From contig MU057651.1 of the NCBI GenBank assembly GCA_013265495.1, positions 2,582,948 to 2,646,947 on the forward strand: a stretch of 64,000 nucleotides of DNA, written 5' to 3'. The notes beneath the pieces were generated by a model. The model worked only from the letters and a program-made list of their open reading frames with translations, was not told where the DNA came from and searched no databases. A program made the position numbers and the translations under genes. The DNA comes from Vicugna vicugna. Lineage: Eukaryota. Positions 63,470 through 64,000 of the stretch are shown here, in pieces. Every line of letters starts with the position of its first letter. Position 1 is the first letter of the stretch.

Positions 63470-64000
63470 AGAAATGAAGAATAAAAAGCTATAAGATACG
63501 CACAAGCCAAAAATGAGCAAAAATGTCAGACGTTCCTCGTTATCCGTTATCACTTTAAACGTAAATAGATTAAATCCTTCAATCAAAAGCAGATACTGGC
63601 AGAATGGAGGACACACACACACACACACACGCATGTGCACGAAACCCAACCATCGCTGTCTATAGAAGACTCCCTTGAGGTCCAAAGACACAATCAGGTT
63701 GAAAGGGAAAAGATGGGAAAAGATATTTCATGTTAAGATTAACAAAAGGGGACCTGAAGTCACTATAGCAACGTCAGCCAAAATATACTTTAAGTCACGA
63801 CTGTTACAAAAGACAAAGAAGGACATCAGATATTGAGAGAGACCCCCCCCCAAATATATGAAGTCAACGCTGACACGACTGAAGGGAGAAAGAGACAGAC
63901 ATACACGAGTTGGAGATTTTAACACCCCCCTGTCAGTAATGGGTGGAGCCACCAGGCAGAAGATGAGTGAGGAACAGAGGACCTGAACGCACCATAAACC
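63470..64000 (+). mobile_element. L1 ORF2 endonuclease-region remnant, runs off the window
   Basis: atcactttaaacgtaaatagattaaat...aatcaaaag (ITLNVN.LN..IK) and gttggagattttaacacccccctgtcagtaatgg (VGDFNTPLSVM). Confidence 0.85.

Noticed and set aside
1..64000. The many 60-300 aa ORFs in the six-frame track as independent genes
   Set aside because: Expected by chance in GC-rich DNA; Pro/Arg/Gly-biased with no recognisable domains apart from GRB10 exons and L1 remnants.

Overview
Mammalian, GC- and CpG-rich genomic DNA, almost certainly from a camelid (Camelus/Vicugna/Lama), judged from at least eight tRNA-Ala-derived Vic-1-type SINEs. The window lies in the 5' part of GRB10 (imprinted insulin/IGF1-receptor adaptor) on the minus strand. 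Four coding exons (43537-43487, 33832-33742, 11352-11133, 6291-6150) join through canonical GT-AG sites into 504 nt / 168 aa, MAVAGCPDSFLHHPYYQ...[10 protein letters not shown]...DVAKQ. The RA/PH/BPS/SH2 exons should lie left of position 1. The rest is intron: L1 fragments, ERV1/ERVL/MaLR LTRs, DNA transposon relics, SINEs, several minisatellites and a 366-nt N gap. I found no new multi-gene system. The strongest observations are (1) a retroposed 28S rRNA 3' end with A-tail and a perfect 16-bp TSD, nested beside a Tigger element inside an L1; (2) loss of two phospho-acceptor residues known from human GRB10 (Tyr67>Cys, Thr155>Ala); (3) signs of AT>GC-biased divergence; (4) apparently TE-seeded minisatellites; and (5) a paired STAT5-type motif cluster. 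Repeat family names and human residue comparisons are from memory and need database confirmation.
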